Origin: Octopus bimaculoides
Taxonomy: Eukaryota
Assembly: GCF_001194135.2 (NCBI RefSeq)
Contig: NC_069006.1
Location: forward strand, 26,274,470-26,338,469
DNA length: 64,000 nt
Reading direction: 5' to 3'
Both the position numbers and the translations under genes were made by a program. Below the pieces are notes generated by a model. The model was not told the DNA's origin. It searched no databases and saw only the letters and a program-made list of their open reading frames with translations. Positions 51,714 through 64,000 of this stretch are shown here, piece by piece; positions within the stretch are counted from its first letter, which is position 1; each line of letters starts with the position of its first letter.

Positions 51714-52819
51714 GAGGTTGACACCACATAAAAACCATTCATCCTGCCGCCATGTAAAAGGTACCCAGTATATTCTGTAAAGGTTTGGCATTAGGAAGGG
51801 CATCCAGCCATAGAAACAATAGCAAAACAGATAATTGGACCCTGATGCAGCTTTTCAGCTTCTCTCGGACCGTCCAACTTATGCCGGCACAGAAAAAGGA
51901 CTTTACACACGCACAAGTTATTGGGTAATCGAAAGAAAGTAGCACTCAGCATGTTCGGCAGGAATTACGTATATTTAATTTTGACACAGATCTATAAGCT
52001 TTGTGAGTTGCAGATGTCTTTATGTATGTGTTCCCTCTCTACTCTTTGTCAACCGGTGTTGGTTTGTTTGTATCCCTGTGACTTATCCGTTTGGCAACAG
52101 AATAAGTACCAGACTTCAAAACAAAAAAAAAACAAAAATAAAAATAAACGTAAATCCAGGGTCGATTTGGTCAACTAATACCTTTCAAGGCAGTAACCCA
52201 GCATGGCCACAGCTCAAAAGATTTCCCCCCATTCATTTTGTTTTCTTGCCCCGTAACCCCCGTCTCTGTCTGTCTTTCTCTCATTTTCTCCTTTTATCTT
52301 ACACTCTCGTCACATCTTTATTTTTATTCTATTTTCTCTTTCCCTTCATTTTAATTCTTACTCTCCCTTCTTCTCCCTCCCTCTCTTTACCTATCCATCT
52401 CCACCTTTCTATCATTTTATGTATCTACGTTACATACCCCCCCCCACTATTTATCCACCCCCGTCCTGCCATCTGAGATCGTTTTCTAATTTGAATCTTT
52501 AACGGTTTTCGTCCTTGTTTATGATTGACCGTTGACATCACAAACAGCAACAGAACACGTCATATTTTATGTCAACCGTTTCTGACAGGCTTCTTTCAAA
52601 AGTCTTTCAATATAAACGTTGCTCTACTCAGATGATCGCAGAAAACTATAAACTGTTCGTCTGTACTTTAATTAGTTACAGTCGTTCGACCAAGAAATGT
52701 TAGAAACAACAGCCAAATCACCCTCAAACTTCACAATACACATCTAAACAATGGACGAAGATACAGTAAAAAGTTGTTTAACTGAAAACTGTCTTTATTT
52801 TCTAATAAATTAGTTTTAT

Positions 52820-53087
52820 ACAATAATTATTAAATCTTTTGACCCACAACCATCTTGAGGCCCTCTTTGCCCTCGATGTCCAAACTGCTGGAGGCTCTGG
52901 TCGGGGAACGGGCTGCGAAACCCCTGCATCCAACTTCCACTGGGAGACACCTCGCTCTCCAGCCAGCCCCCTGGCAGTCACTGACCAGAGCCGCGTACTT
53001 GGAGAGCTTCCTTTCAAAAGCTTCTTCCTGGCGATCTTCCCATGGGACATTCAACTCCAGCAGCACCACTTTCCAGAAGTTTATCAT
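52820..53087 (-). mobile_element. Restriction-like endonuclease (RLE) domain fragment of a HERO-like non-LTR retrotransposon
   Basis: VVLLELNVPWEDRQEEAFERKLSKYAALVSDCQGAGWRARCLPVEVGCRGFAARS, then after a frameshift AKRASRWLWVKR. This is the ELxVPWE / RKxxKY / VEVGCRGF RLE signature. Confidence 0.8.
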
Positions 53088-54536
53088 TTAAATATATATG
53101 AGCATCTCTAGGTATATAATTATACGCATGAGAAGACATACATAAAACGAAACATACAAATCTGCACACATACATACATACATATATACATACATGCATA
53201 CATACAAACAAAAATACCCTGTTGTTGATGTTGAAATTCCAATGAAGGAATCTTGGATCTAGGTTAGAAACCGGTTCTTTCTCTGTTGGCAAGAAATCTT
53301 GAAGTAAAACTGAATAATGACATACATACTCATATACATACATGCACATATACATACACATAAACACACACGGACATAAAGTCATTTACACACACACAAG
53401 CAATCTAAATAGAATATCTTTGAGAAATACTCTGACGAAGACATTGTTATTGTTTAGGGTTACGGTCATCTCTGAACGGACAGCCTTAGAATCACAACAT
53501 TCCAACCGTGATCATCCTTCCTCGGATTCAAGTATAAACGTATCTTGGACTACATCCTCACCTTTTAAGGGGGTCATTTAGCTGGGGTTTCTTTCTAGAA
53601 TGTCGATTAACCATTCAATTCGTACTCAAGATGTTATTAAAATACAAATTCTGATCGTTTTAAAAACAGATTTTTTTCTACTTACCTCCGGAGGGACTTT
53701 AAAACATATACACACACGTGTTTATATATATTTATGTATATATATATATATATTTATATCTGTGTATATGTATATATATGTATAACTATATGTATATGAT
53801 ATATATTTATGTATATATGTGTGTTCATATAAATATGTATATATTATATGTATGTGTGTGCATATAAATAAAATTAGAATATATATTCTGTGTATACTAT
53901 ATATATATATATGTATGTATATATGTATAAATGTGTTTGTGTGTGTTTAAGTGTATAAATATGTATATACTGTATATTATATGTGTGTGTGTAAATATAT
54001 ATATATATTATATATTATATACATGAGTATATATATATAAACATCTATGTATAGCAGAACCGAAGTGATTGATTGAGAGAAGGAACGTCTGCTCGAGATA
54101 ATGGCGCGCCAAAAGATGAAGTTGTATTTGGGAGATCGTCTGCTTAGGTTTACTCTCAACCAATCAAAATTCACCGTTCAACGAACAGAAGCGTTCAATG
54201 AAGTAGACGTCAAAGAAATTACGAAGGTTCACGTTATATGAACGGTTGTTGTTGCTGTTGTTTAACCCCAGGACAATCCAGATCAAGTAGAACTACGTTT
54301 GTTCAAAAGTATTCCACCGATGGCCCTTCCGTCTTTCTTTTTTTCCAGATAAATGTCTCTCTGACAACATTATCCAATATATTCTATTCTTTTTAAGGGT
54401 GTGATTTTGAAGGAAAGTTTGGCTGCTATTTCTAGCAAATCATGCAATCTTGATTTATTTCTTAATGTTTAGCTACTGGTGAGCGCTGACACAACAGAAT
54501 CCTGAACAGTGACCCTTTCAACCACTATGTCCTTAC

Positions 54537-54671
54537 TTTTCGAAAGACTGTAGAGTGCCATTTGAGAGAAACATGGCTGGTATTTTTAGAAGTTTGAGAA
54601 CCGTTTGTTGGCTCCTTTGACTTGATGTTTCCGTGAACCACCGCAGCTTCGTCACATGTAGCGGCCGTCAT
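54537..54671 (-). other. Candidate first exon / upstream ORF (MTAATCDEAAVVHGNIKSKEPTNGSQTSKNTSHVSLKWHSTVFRK)
   Basis: ATG in CAAGATGACGGCC context within a locally CpG-rich patch, 45 open codons, then a consensus donor AAA|GTAAGG. The partner acceptor is not proven. Confidence 0.4.
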
Positions 54672-54848
54672 CTTGAACGTCCGTATCTGACCAGTTTTAA
54701 AAGTTGTCTGCAATGTCTGAACATTTAATTTTATTTTATTTTTACGTGATTTTTTTCACTGATGACTTCTCTTCTTATATCGAACAACCTTTTATAGATA
54801 TAGATCTCTAATATAAGAACAAGTTCGGTGAGAGAGAGAGAGAGAGAT

Positions 54849-54919
<71 letters not shown>

Positions 54920-57489
54920 GGAAAGAGAGAGAGAGAAAGAGAAAGAAAGAGAGAATGAAAGAGGGAGAGAGAATAAGAAAGAGAGACAGAGTTGAAGCTA
55001 CTTTGGGACGAAGCCTTTTAGATAACAATAACCGGAGCTGATATAATAAGCGAAGTGTGTTTTGACATGACTGTTTGATAACGTTATCTATGAATATAAG
55101 AGGGTTCCACCTGATCCAGATTAGGGTGGAGAAGTTACTCGATCTGTTATTCGTATGAACAAAATGCTGATACTGTTGTTGTTTAGCCCTAGGTCAATGC
55201 TGGCTCAACAGACCTTTGGTCAAAGCTGTCCCAGCAATGACTTTTTTTTTCTTCAGTTAAGTTGAATCTGAGACTTCAGTAGAAACATGGGTTGTTCTCC
55301 CTCTCTCTTTCTACCTTTCTGGTTATCTGTCCGTCTGTCTGTCTGTCTGTCTACGTCTGAGTCTAATTCACCTGTCTGTTTATCTGTTTGTCTGTCTGTC
55401 TGTCAGCATCATACAAGAAATGAGCTTCTAGTTACTAAAACTGCTGGAAATAGCAGGCAAATGTCTCTTGAATCTTAAATAACAGGACTTCTTTGGCTGA
55501 TTTACATTGAAACCTATTTGATCATAGACCTGGCCAGTCAGGGCTGACCTGGGGCTAAACAAAAAAAAAATAACATTTTTAAAACTCATTGCATCATTCC
55601 AATCAATGGATCAATAATTTGCTACAAAAAATAAATGCAAGATAAACCAGAGTTTCAAGGTTAAACTATTGATTCCGCAAGGTCAGTTGTATTTGAACCA
55701 CTGTCCAAATATACTGACACAAATATGGGAGACAAACATCGTAGGAGCTCAAATGGACTGCACTCACATCACAACCAGTTAGGCTTTAGGAAAATGTAAA
55801 GAAACATGAAGGCAATGCACTTGTTTCTACCCCAAAACACAAGATGGTCATGGTTGGAACATCTTTGATCATAGGTTATCACAATCAGGAATGACCTGGG
55901 GCTAAACAATTACTGGTATTGTTATGTCTGCAGAACTTCATGATGGTCTTTTTTCTTCTATTCTTTTATTTGTGTGTCATTAGACTGTGGCCATGCTGGG
56001 GCACTGCCTTGAAGAACTTTTAGTTGACTGAATCGAACACAGAAAGGCAAAGGAGCCGATACAGCTTGGCACCAGTGACATCACAACTCATTTCTACAGC
56101 TGAGTGAACTGGAGCAATGTGAAATAAGGTGTCTTGTTCAAGAACACAACACACAATCCAGTCCAGGAATCGAACTCACTACTTCATGATTGTGAGCCCA
56201 GTGCTCTAACCACTGAGCCATGCACCTTCATATTTCATGTTATAATTACATTATTTTTCTCAGAAACCATTTCAGAATTGAGACATTCTGAGAATGGGAG
56301 ACCAAATAATAACAGATATGAAAGCTGTTTAAGTTTTGAACAAATTCCAACAGCCAAGTTTCCAATATATACCCACACAAGGAATCTCTTGCAAGGAGAG
56401 TCACTAGAATTGGTAAGTTAGGTTGAGGTGGAGAGGCATGTTGGACTGAATTGGAAATTAAACCAAAAGAAGCAAACCTTTTTGTCTTTTTTGCATGGAA
56501 ATTTTGTTTCTGTATATTTAAAGTGGATAGGAGGATCACATAAAGTTACTCAATGGTTTTCAGATTGACAAATTATTTGTTTATTATATTATGGTAAAAG
56601 GTAAAGACCCCCTTCGGCCATGAATGACCATGGGATAGCACTTAGAAAGTTCCCTTCTGGAAGACCAGTAGCCACCCTTGCATTCCGGCCTCCCCTCTTC
56701 ACACTACCGATGTTATCCAGCTGGCACCAGTGACGTCGCAACTCATTTCTACAGCTGAGTGATTTGGAACAATGTCAAAATAATGTATCGTGCTTCAAGA
56801 ACACACGCAGCCGGGTTCGTGAATCGATCTCACTACCTCATGATTGTGAGCCCGACGCTCTAACCATTGAGTCATGTTTAATATATTATTTATTGAGACT
56901 AATTTCTGTCTCTGACTTCGATTAAGTAACCACATTCCTGAAGATATATTGAAATGCCACGAGAAGAGACGAATTCTGAAAAGACATTATATCTAATGGA
57001 AACATTGAGTTCTCAACTATGTTAATTGCAATCGGCTCCCTATAGTGGACAGGTACTGGCTTCAGCGGGATCTGAACTCAGAACCTACGTAATCAAAGTA
57101 CTATAATTCCATTCATATTTCGGAAACTTTTTTTGGAGCATTATTAAATCGTCCCGGTACTTGACTGGTGCATTAGATTTACCGATCCCCAAGAAGATTA
57201 AAAATTAAGTTGACTCCGATGGGATTTAAACACGGAACGTAAAGTTACGAAACTTAAATCCCCACGACGCATCTTGTACGTCACTATACACTTCTGCCAT
57301 CGATTGGCTTAATGAGAAAATTATTATTTATTCTTGTTTCTATGGTAAAACTGAGTTTTAACGTCACTTAGCTTTTTCCCGTCCACGTATCAGTCGTGTT
57401 CCCTCCCCTCCTCCTTCCATTGACGTAGTCATTTCCTCCTCCTCCCCTTCTTAGCAGGTACTTTCGAAGGGAGGTAATCATGGCACAGC

Positions 57490-57530
57490 TATATAAAATC
57501 CCGAGTCTCTGCCTGCCGACCTTTCTTTGC
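57490..57530 (+). promoter_or_regulatory. NDK core promoter: TATA box plus pyrimidine (TCT/5'TOP-like) initiator
   Basis: TATATAAAA at 57490-57498 and CCTTTCTTT at 57520-57528, about 30 nt downstream and about 85 nt before the ATG. CRE half-sites lie upstream (about 57278, 57361, 57421). Confidence 0.6.
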
Positions 57531-57605
57531 CAGTTTGCATTTCAGCTGCCTTCATTCGTCCTCTTCTTATTCACAATTCTTGAGCACTTTTGAAGAACTT
57601 TTGTC

Positions 57606-60600
57606 ATGGAGCGCACATTTATTGCTGTCAAACCAGAAGGCGTCCAACGAGGGTTAGTTTTAACTGTTTCATAATATTTCAGCACTTCACTACGCTGTTT
57701 CTAGTCCCTTTAATTCGTCTCTCTTTATCCAGATTGTTTAGTCCTGAACTAATTAGATGTTCTTTTTTTGATTAATCAATTAAACTTTCCCAACAGCTAA
57801 CCTTTCGTTAGTTTTTAATCTTTATTAATAACATTTTCTAAATCTAAAATGTGATGAGAGACAAAGAGAAGGTCGACATGTCATTCACATTTTGATCAAA
57901 ATCTCAATGTCTCTTTGTATGAATTGTAACTAAATTAAAGAATTAATTTTGTATTATCTTTTTATATTTTTGTCAAGACTTAGAAAAACGCCAACTATTT
58001 TTTAATAAAAAAACAAAGAAATCGAAGCTTAAATACAAAGGTTTTTAGGCGATTTTATAACGGCATTTCGAGTCGTGATTGACATAAAAAAATCAAGACA
58101 GGATTTATTTCAGTCTTTGTATTAATGATCTAAATTAAATGTTTTAATCAATTATATTGCCCAATTTGTTTTTTGGGTTTTTATTTTGCAAAAATAAAAC
58201 TTGTATTTGTAATTTTATTTTCCATTTCATCTCGTGTGCGCACAGTTTCTTTTCCCCTTTGTGCGCGCGCACAACTGGGAGGGGATAGTCAATCTCTTTC
58301 TCTCTCTCACTTTATGTTGTCTGCGGAAATATTGTCTAGTTTTTAAAGAATTATATTTTTACTTTAAATATCTTTTTCTTCGTCCCTTGCATCACTGTGA
58401 TCGTGGATGTTTTAGTCATAATCGTTTTATGTCGGATTACATTCAATGTTCCCTTTCATTTTTAAAACAGAAGTTCGATTGCTGTTTCTAGCTGTCAGAA
58501 CAGCCTTGTAGACGATTCCGTTAGCAGAGGAGTGTACTGCTCCTTTTTCCCCCCTCTTCACAAACCCTTAATACCCCTTTTCCATTGGTTTATAGCCGGT
58601 TTCCTTTGTCCCTTTTAGACGTCACTTCGTTGTCTCATTTCACTCAGCGTGAAGCTGGTCGCTTCACTTGCTAGAAACAGCAGATAATTTATATTAACAT
58701 TGTTTTCTAAGAAAGTCGTAATGAATTTTTTCTTTAAGATGCTAAGACTACCTTGGTGTATTTAGATCGTTATGTCAGGCCATTGTAACTCACTTGATTA
58801 TAAGTCTATTCTTTCAGGATTGATCTGGAACTTAGCCTTGCTAAACAATTTTAACACCTAAAATTATTTGTCATGGTACCCGTTACAATGTCCTTGTCGC
58901 TATATACAATGGATAAAATCTTGCATGTTTTATTTATTGCCCATTTAACACCACACCTCTACAAAAAAAAATCTGTTACAATAAAAAAAATTTCCCGTTC
59001 GTTGGCTGCCATTCAAGACCGGTTTTAATGTTGTACTTATGTGACTGGAAATTTAGGCCCTGATTATTAATTTAACTGGATTTCAGATTAGCCGAGTTGA
59101 ATTAAAGGATTATCATCTCGAGGAAGTCTAAGATATTTAATATGGGATCTGGTATCGTTCTCATTAAATTACAACGGTAATCTGAGATGTTCTGCAACCT
59201 ATTGAGGTATATAATATTCAGTGGTATGGTGTGTATGTGTATATATATATTTTATAATGACATAAAGGGGGGTGGGGGTGATTGGGTTACTAAGTAGATA
59301 AGTATAAACAGATGAATTATGTGTGCAAGCGCCGCTCTCATCACTTTTAGATGAAATGTTTCCGGTAACGATTACCAGAAAATATAGTTGATATCTTGAT
59401 TCTAGTAAGAGGATCGTTCTTCATTCATTTTAAATAGTTTGAACTCACAAATTTTTGTTACATTGCCTGTGATTATGATGAATCTCTTTCTCTGCGATTC
59501 AGAGGCTATAGTCATTGCTTGTTAATTAGCTGCAAAATTTTAGTCCAATTGATGATCTGCAGGCTTTCCTCCTCGATTTCAAGTGACCCTCTCTTAGCAG
59601 GTCAGCCTGTGGGAGGTATGGCTTTTGTCATCGACTCTGTACTGGATTACAGTTGCCAGTAACACAGAGGAGTGGCCACACATGCATGGTATTTTCGTGT
59701 GTAATTTGGTGGTTTCTAAGCTTGCTAAATATAGATGAAGGACTTGAGAGTTGATGGTGAGTTTGGTGAGGAAATTAGTGTGGAGTTATGGTGTCTGAGT
59801 AGAATTTCTGTTTGGAATACACTGCATAATGATTAGAGTTCTGTTAGCTATAATTGATTTGAGGATACTGCTTGTTCCCCATAAACATTAACAGCTATTA
59901 ATCTTGACTGAGAGTTTGAGGTTTCTGTCTCAATCTTGAATTCATAAATTCATCAGTATGATAATTAGTTATATAAATAAAAGCATATCCAATAATTAGA
60001 CGATTAAATAACGAATGTATTCCTGTTCAGCTAGTCAATGCAGCAAGCTTCATTGCTAATTAGGAGTAATTACATTCATAGAGGGAAACCTAGTTATAAT
60101 TAGGTGCGGATGTGTGGTAAGAAGTTTGCTTCTCAACCTCATGGTTCTGGGTTCAGCCCCACAGCTTGGTGGCACCTTTGGCTGGCAGAATCATTAACAC
60201 GCCAAGCAAAATGCTTAGCTGCATTTCATCCATCTTTATGATCTGTTCAATATTAAACATTTTTCTATTAAAACTTTGGTAAATTTTTTCAATGTCATTG
60301 TAACTTTTGTCTTTAAATCTCATTTTTCCCTTTCTTTGCAGACTGTGTGGTGAAGTCATTACCCGTTTTGAGAAACGTGGCTTCCAGTTGGTTGCCTGCA
60401 AGTTGGTCCATGCTTCCAAGACCCTTTTGGAATCCCATTATGCAGAACACAAAGGAAAAGGGTTTTTTGATGGTCTCGTAGCCCACATGTCCTCCTCCCC
60501 TGTATTGGCGATGGTCTGGGAAGGTGCCAGTGTAATTTCAACTGCTCGCACCATGATGGGAGCCACTGACCCCAAGAAGTCCGCCCCTGGTACCATCCGT

Positions 60601-60744
60601 GGTGATTACGGTATTGATATGGGACGTAACATCATCCATGGTAGTGATGGAACTGAATCAGCCAATCATGAAATCAATTTATGGTTTACTAAGGAAGAGC
60701 AAATCACTTGGAAACCAGCTCTAAGCAACTGGTTGTACGAGTAA
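57606..60744 (+). CDS. NME1: Nucleoside diphosphate kinase, group I (NME1/NME2/awd-like), 2 coding exons, 149 aa
   Basis: Exons 57606-57652 (MERTFIAVKPEGVQRG|) and 60342-60744 (450 nt total). Catalytic NIIHGSD, HY, FF, ART, GAT, TIRGD and C-terminal WLYE are all present. The symbol indicates the family; it would be a co-ortholog of the vertebrate group I NME genes. Confidence 0.96.
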
Positions 60745-60817
60745 ATTGGTCAGTAAGTTTAACAAAGACATTATAGGAACACTTACTGCAACACAAAATC
60801 ATTTACATTTTACTGTG

Positions 60818-60823
60818 AATAAA
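60818..60823 (+). terminator. Polyadenylation signal of the NDK gene
   Basis: AATAAA about 75 nt after the stop codon, followed by U/GU-rich sequence. Confidence 0.5.
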
Positions 60824-61090
60824 TAAGAAAAAAAATAAAAACAGGTTTATGTAAATATTGTGTCATGTTATCTTTAACCTTTTGTTTCAATTTTTTTTAT
60901 CAAGTGATTCTGTGACTCTGTGGTTCTGGATTCAGTTTCATTGCATGTCAAATGTGGCAAGTGTCTTCTATAGCTTCAGGCTGACCAAAACCTTGTGGAT
61001 TTGGTTGATAGAAACTGAAAGAAGCCTGTGTGTGTGTGTGTATGTATAATATGAGAGCTGATTGTTGGACAGGCATGAAGGAAATATATA

Positions 61091-61299
61091 CAGTGGAACC
61101 TTGATTCATGAATGCCCCTCTTGAACAGTTTTTCTGAATATAAAACGTCCTGCATGACAGGGTCTTCAGTAAAAAATCACGCCAGCTGCAAGTGTCAGTT
61201 GCTGCCTAACTTTTACTCAGTGTCCATCCCTGCTTCAATTCGACATGCTTTGTCCTGAAATTACACACAAGAGAGAATTCATAAAGCGAGGTTCCACTG
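61091..61299. mobile_element. Tc1/mariner (Tigger/pogo-like) MITE
   Basis: About 23-bp imperfect TIRs CAGTGGAACCTTGATTCATGAAT / ATTCATAAAGCGAGGTTCCACTG, with TA on the left flank. Confidence 0.7.
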
Positions 61300-64000
61300 T
61301 GCATGTGTATATAATAAAGCCATTTTGCGATAAACTATTTGGTGCTTGGATTCTAGTAGGAGGATAATTTTTGGATAACTTTATCTTAGCATATTCTTCA
61401 TTCAAGCAACATCTACTAAGTGCTGCCCCCTACAAAGACATTTCATTAGTTTGCATTGCTAGTGTAGTCATGAGATAGCAATTGCTTTTGGTGTAATCCT
61501 GTCAAGACAGCCATTTGTGTCTGCTTCCCAGTACCATCAACAGTCACTCTTTGGTTTTATGAGCTATGACTTAAATAAGCAGTAAAATGAGAACCCAGAA
61601 TTTCAGCTCTAAATAGTTTTTGTGCATCCAGCTGTGTTTGGTCACAAATTAACCCAATGATGTCCATAGTAAGTTGTGTTTTCACACTTCCCGCTGTGTG
61701 TGTGTGTGTGCATATAAAGGAATTTATTTCTGTGTAGAATAAATGTTTATAACATTGGTTAGCTTATCCTGCTGCAAACCAAGTTTTGTACCTAAAGTTG
61801 AAATTTGAAAGAATATGGTGTGTGTCTTTATCTCTGCTTGTCTTCACATTGAAACTGCTGAGGCAGCCGTGATGATGTTTCATACATATCAGTACATTCT
61901 ATAGTTTGGTGCTTTCAATATGCAAACACCAGGAGGTAAAATAGTCGAAAGAGTACCCTAACATCAGAAATAGAATACTGCTTCAAGAACATTAGTCCAA
62001 TCCCGATCAACCTGAATAAAGTGATTTGGTTATACGGTGGTGGATGTAACTGTGGTGTAAATGAGTTCACTTTGCAACCCTGTTCCAGGTTTCACATCTT
62101 GTTTTCCATTTTGGCGTCTGCAATCATTGCAACAGGTGTGCCAAAATCTCAAAGGAAATTGGGTAGATTGAAACCTGTTGTATGTTGGTAAGAAAAATTA
62201 GAATCACAAACTGATGCTCTGTTGGTTATGCCAAGAGCTGCAATAATTTCCTGATCAGATCAAACATGCAAGTGGCTGAGCATTCCATAGCCTTAATGTA
62301 ATTCTCAGGGAGATTCAGAATGTGACAAGGTTGGCCTCTTTTCAATTGCAGGTACAACACAATTTTGCCGGCTGAGTGGACTGGAGTAAAGTGTCTTGCT
62401 GAGGGACACAACTGCCAGGTACCAAGTTCCCAGTTATAAACTGCAATACACTAAGCCATGTACCTTGGCACTGGAATTTTCAAATGAACCTCAAATAGCT
62501 TGTATTTGGTTCTGTCGTGATTACCTCCCTTCTACCGTATTTCTTACTTTTTGTCTCGAAATCAGAGCAGAGTCTTTCCATGTCAAATACTTAGCAGCAT
62601 TCCATCCAAATTTATGTTTTGAGTTCAAATTCTGCCATGGTCAATTTCAAGACAGTGGGCTGGCAGAATCATTAACATGCCTGGCAAAACGCTTAACAGC
62701 ATTCCATCCATCTTTATGTTCTGTGTTCAATAAATTAAGTAACTGTTGAGTCTTGGGGTCAATGTAATTGAATTTTACCCCGTGCCCCGAAATTGCTGGC
62801 CTTACGCCATAATTTGAACCCATTATTATTACCAAAAGTAGTGAGCTGGTAGAATCGCTAGCACGCTGGACGAAATGCTTTGAAGTATTTTTCCCATTGC
62901 TATGTTTTGAGTTCAAATTCTGTTGAGGTTGACTTTGCCTTTCATCCTTCCCGAGTCGATAAAATAAGTACCAGTTTAAACACTGGGGTCGATGTAACTG
63001 ACTCACCCCCACCTCCCACAAGCTGCCCCTGTGACAAAAATTATTATTATTATTAGTAGTAGTAGTAGTAAGGCAGTGAGTTGGCAGAATCTTTACCACA
63101 CTGGACAAAATATTTCACAGTTTTTCCTGCAACTTTACATTCTGAGTTCAAATGCTGCCAGGGTAGACTTTGCTTGTCATCCTTTCAAGGTCGATATAAT
63201 AAGAGTGATAAGTGTAGCTTGGACAGCTGAGAAAGTCTGTTGATTGGGGCCAAGAAGAGAGTGTGTGGTTTGTGTGTTTGTAAGAGGTGATGCATGAAAG
63301 TCTGGAGTGGATTGTAATATTTAGGCAGAATTTGAACTCAGAACATAGTAGCAAACAAAATACCATTTCACCCGGTGTGCAAATGATTCTGCCAGCCTGC
63401 CAACTCCTTTCTACTCTAATAATGATAATAATAAACTTTTTTGACTTCTCATTACTGTAATCAAGTAATGTAATACAGTCTGCAGTTAGGGAAATTGTGC
63501 CAAAAAATTGGTAATCAAAAAAAAAAAAAAAAAAAAAAAAGCACTCATTAGATTGCTAGGTTTTCATTCTAAATATATAAGGTGAGAAATAAGCTGGCAG
63601 TTAATTGCGTGATTTTAATTTAGAGACAGTTGTAAATATTTAATAATCTCAGGTAGACAGACATTAAAATATTTGTAACAATGAACATGAAATCTAGCTT
63701 TGGGATTTATGGAACTGCAGAATACCAATTTATTTTGGGAGAAATATTGTGTTAGCCTGAAGGAATAGTTTTAATAGTTTCAGGCAATGGATGTGGCCAT
63801 ACTGGAGCAGGCTGTCGAAGGGTTTTATCAATTTTTATTAAATCCAGCACTGTTTGTTTTGGTATCTTTCAAATGGAACTATCATTTTACTTTTGTCCCC
63901 GACCCCTGCTGGTTGTGAGTGGGGTCTGTTTCCAGTACAGTGTCTTAAAACAAACTTCATCAACATCTCCTTTTGTGGGATTCCCCATTCTAGAATCCTC

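Noticed and set aside
59829-59911. C/D-box-like ATGATTA...CTGA in the NDK intron (snoRNA candidate)
   Set aside because: Box C is imperfect, there is no terminal stem, and the putative guide matches 18S rRNA only with a gap.

Overview
Eukaryotic, AT-rich, microsatellite- and SINE-dense genomic DNA with six small N gaps. The repeat families look like those of octopus/coleoid cephalopods (my recognition, not a database result). I rebuilt four spliced genes by hand, with GT-AG introns and consistent reading phase: TMEM201/Samp1 (minus, 10 coding exons, 724 aa); NSRP1/CCDC55 (minus, 8 exons, 796 aa, with an expanded true RS domain); a bHLH + HMG-box protein of BHMG1 architecture (minus, about 11 exons, about 563 aa, middle exons less certain); and a group I nucleoside diphosphate kinase (plus, 2 coding exons, 149 aa). 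There is also an intronless 267-aa Cys/Arg-rich orphan ORF with a pentapeptide-like repeat, and a weakly supported plus-strand micro-exon gene candidate head-to-head with NSRP1. The remainder is SINEs, MITEs (piggyBac-, hAT- and Tigger-type), and decayed LINE/transposase fragments (RTE, CR1, Tx1, HERO-like RLE, mariner). Most ORFs in the supplied track are microsatellite, repeat or antisense artefacts. I saw no tRNA, rRNA or CRISPR features. The strongest leads are the orphan repeat protein, the bHLH-HMG gene with its non-canonical basic region, and an upstream exon whose ORF would stop in frame just before that gene's start codon.
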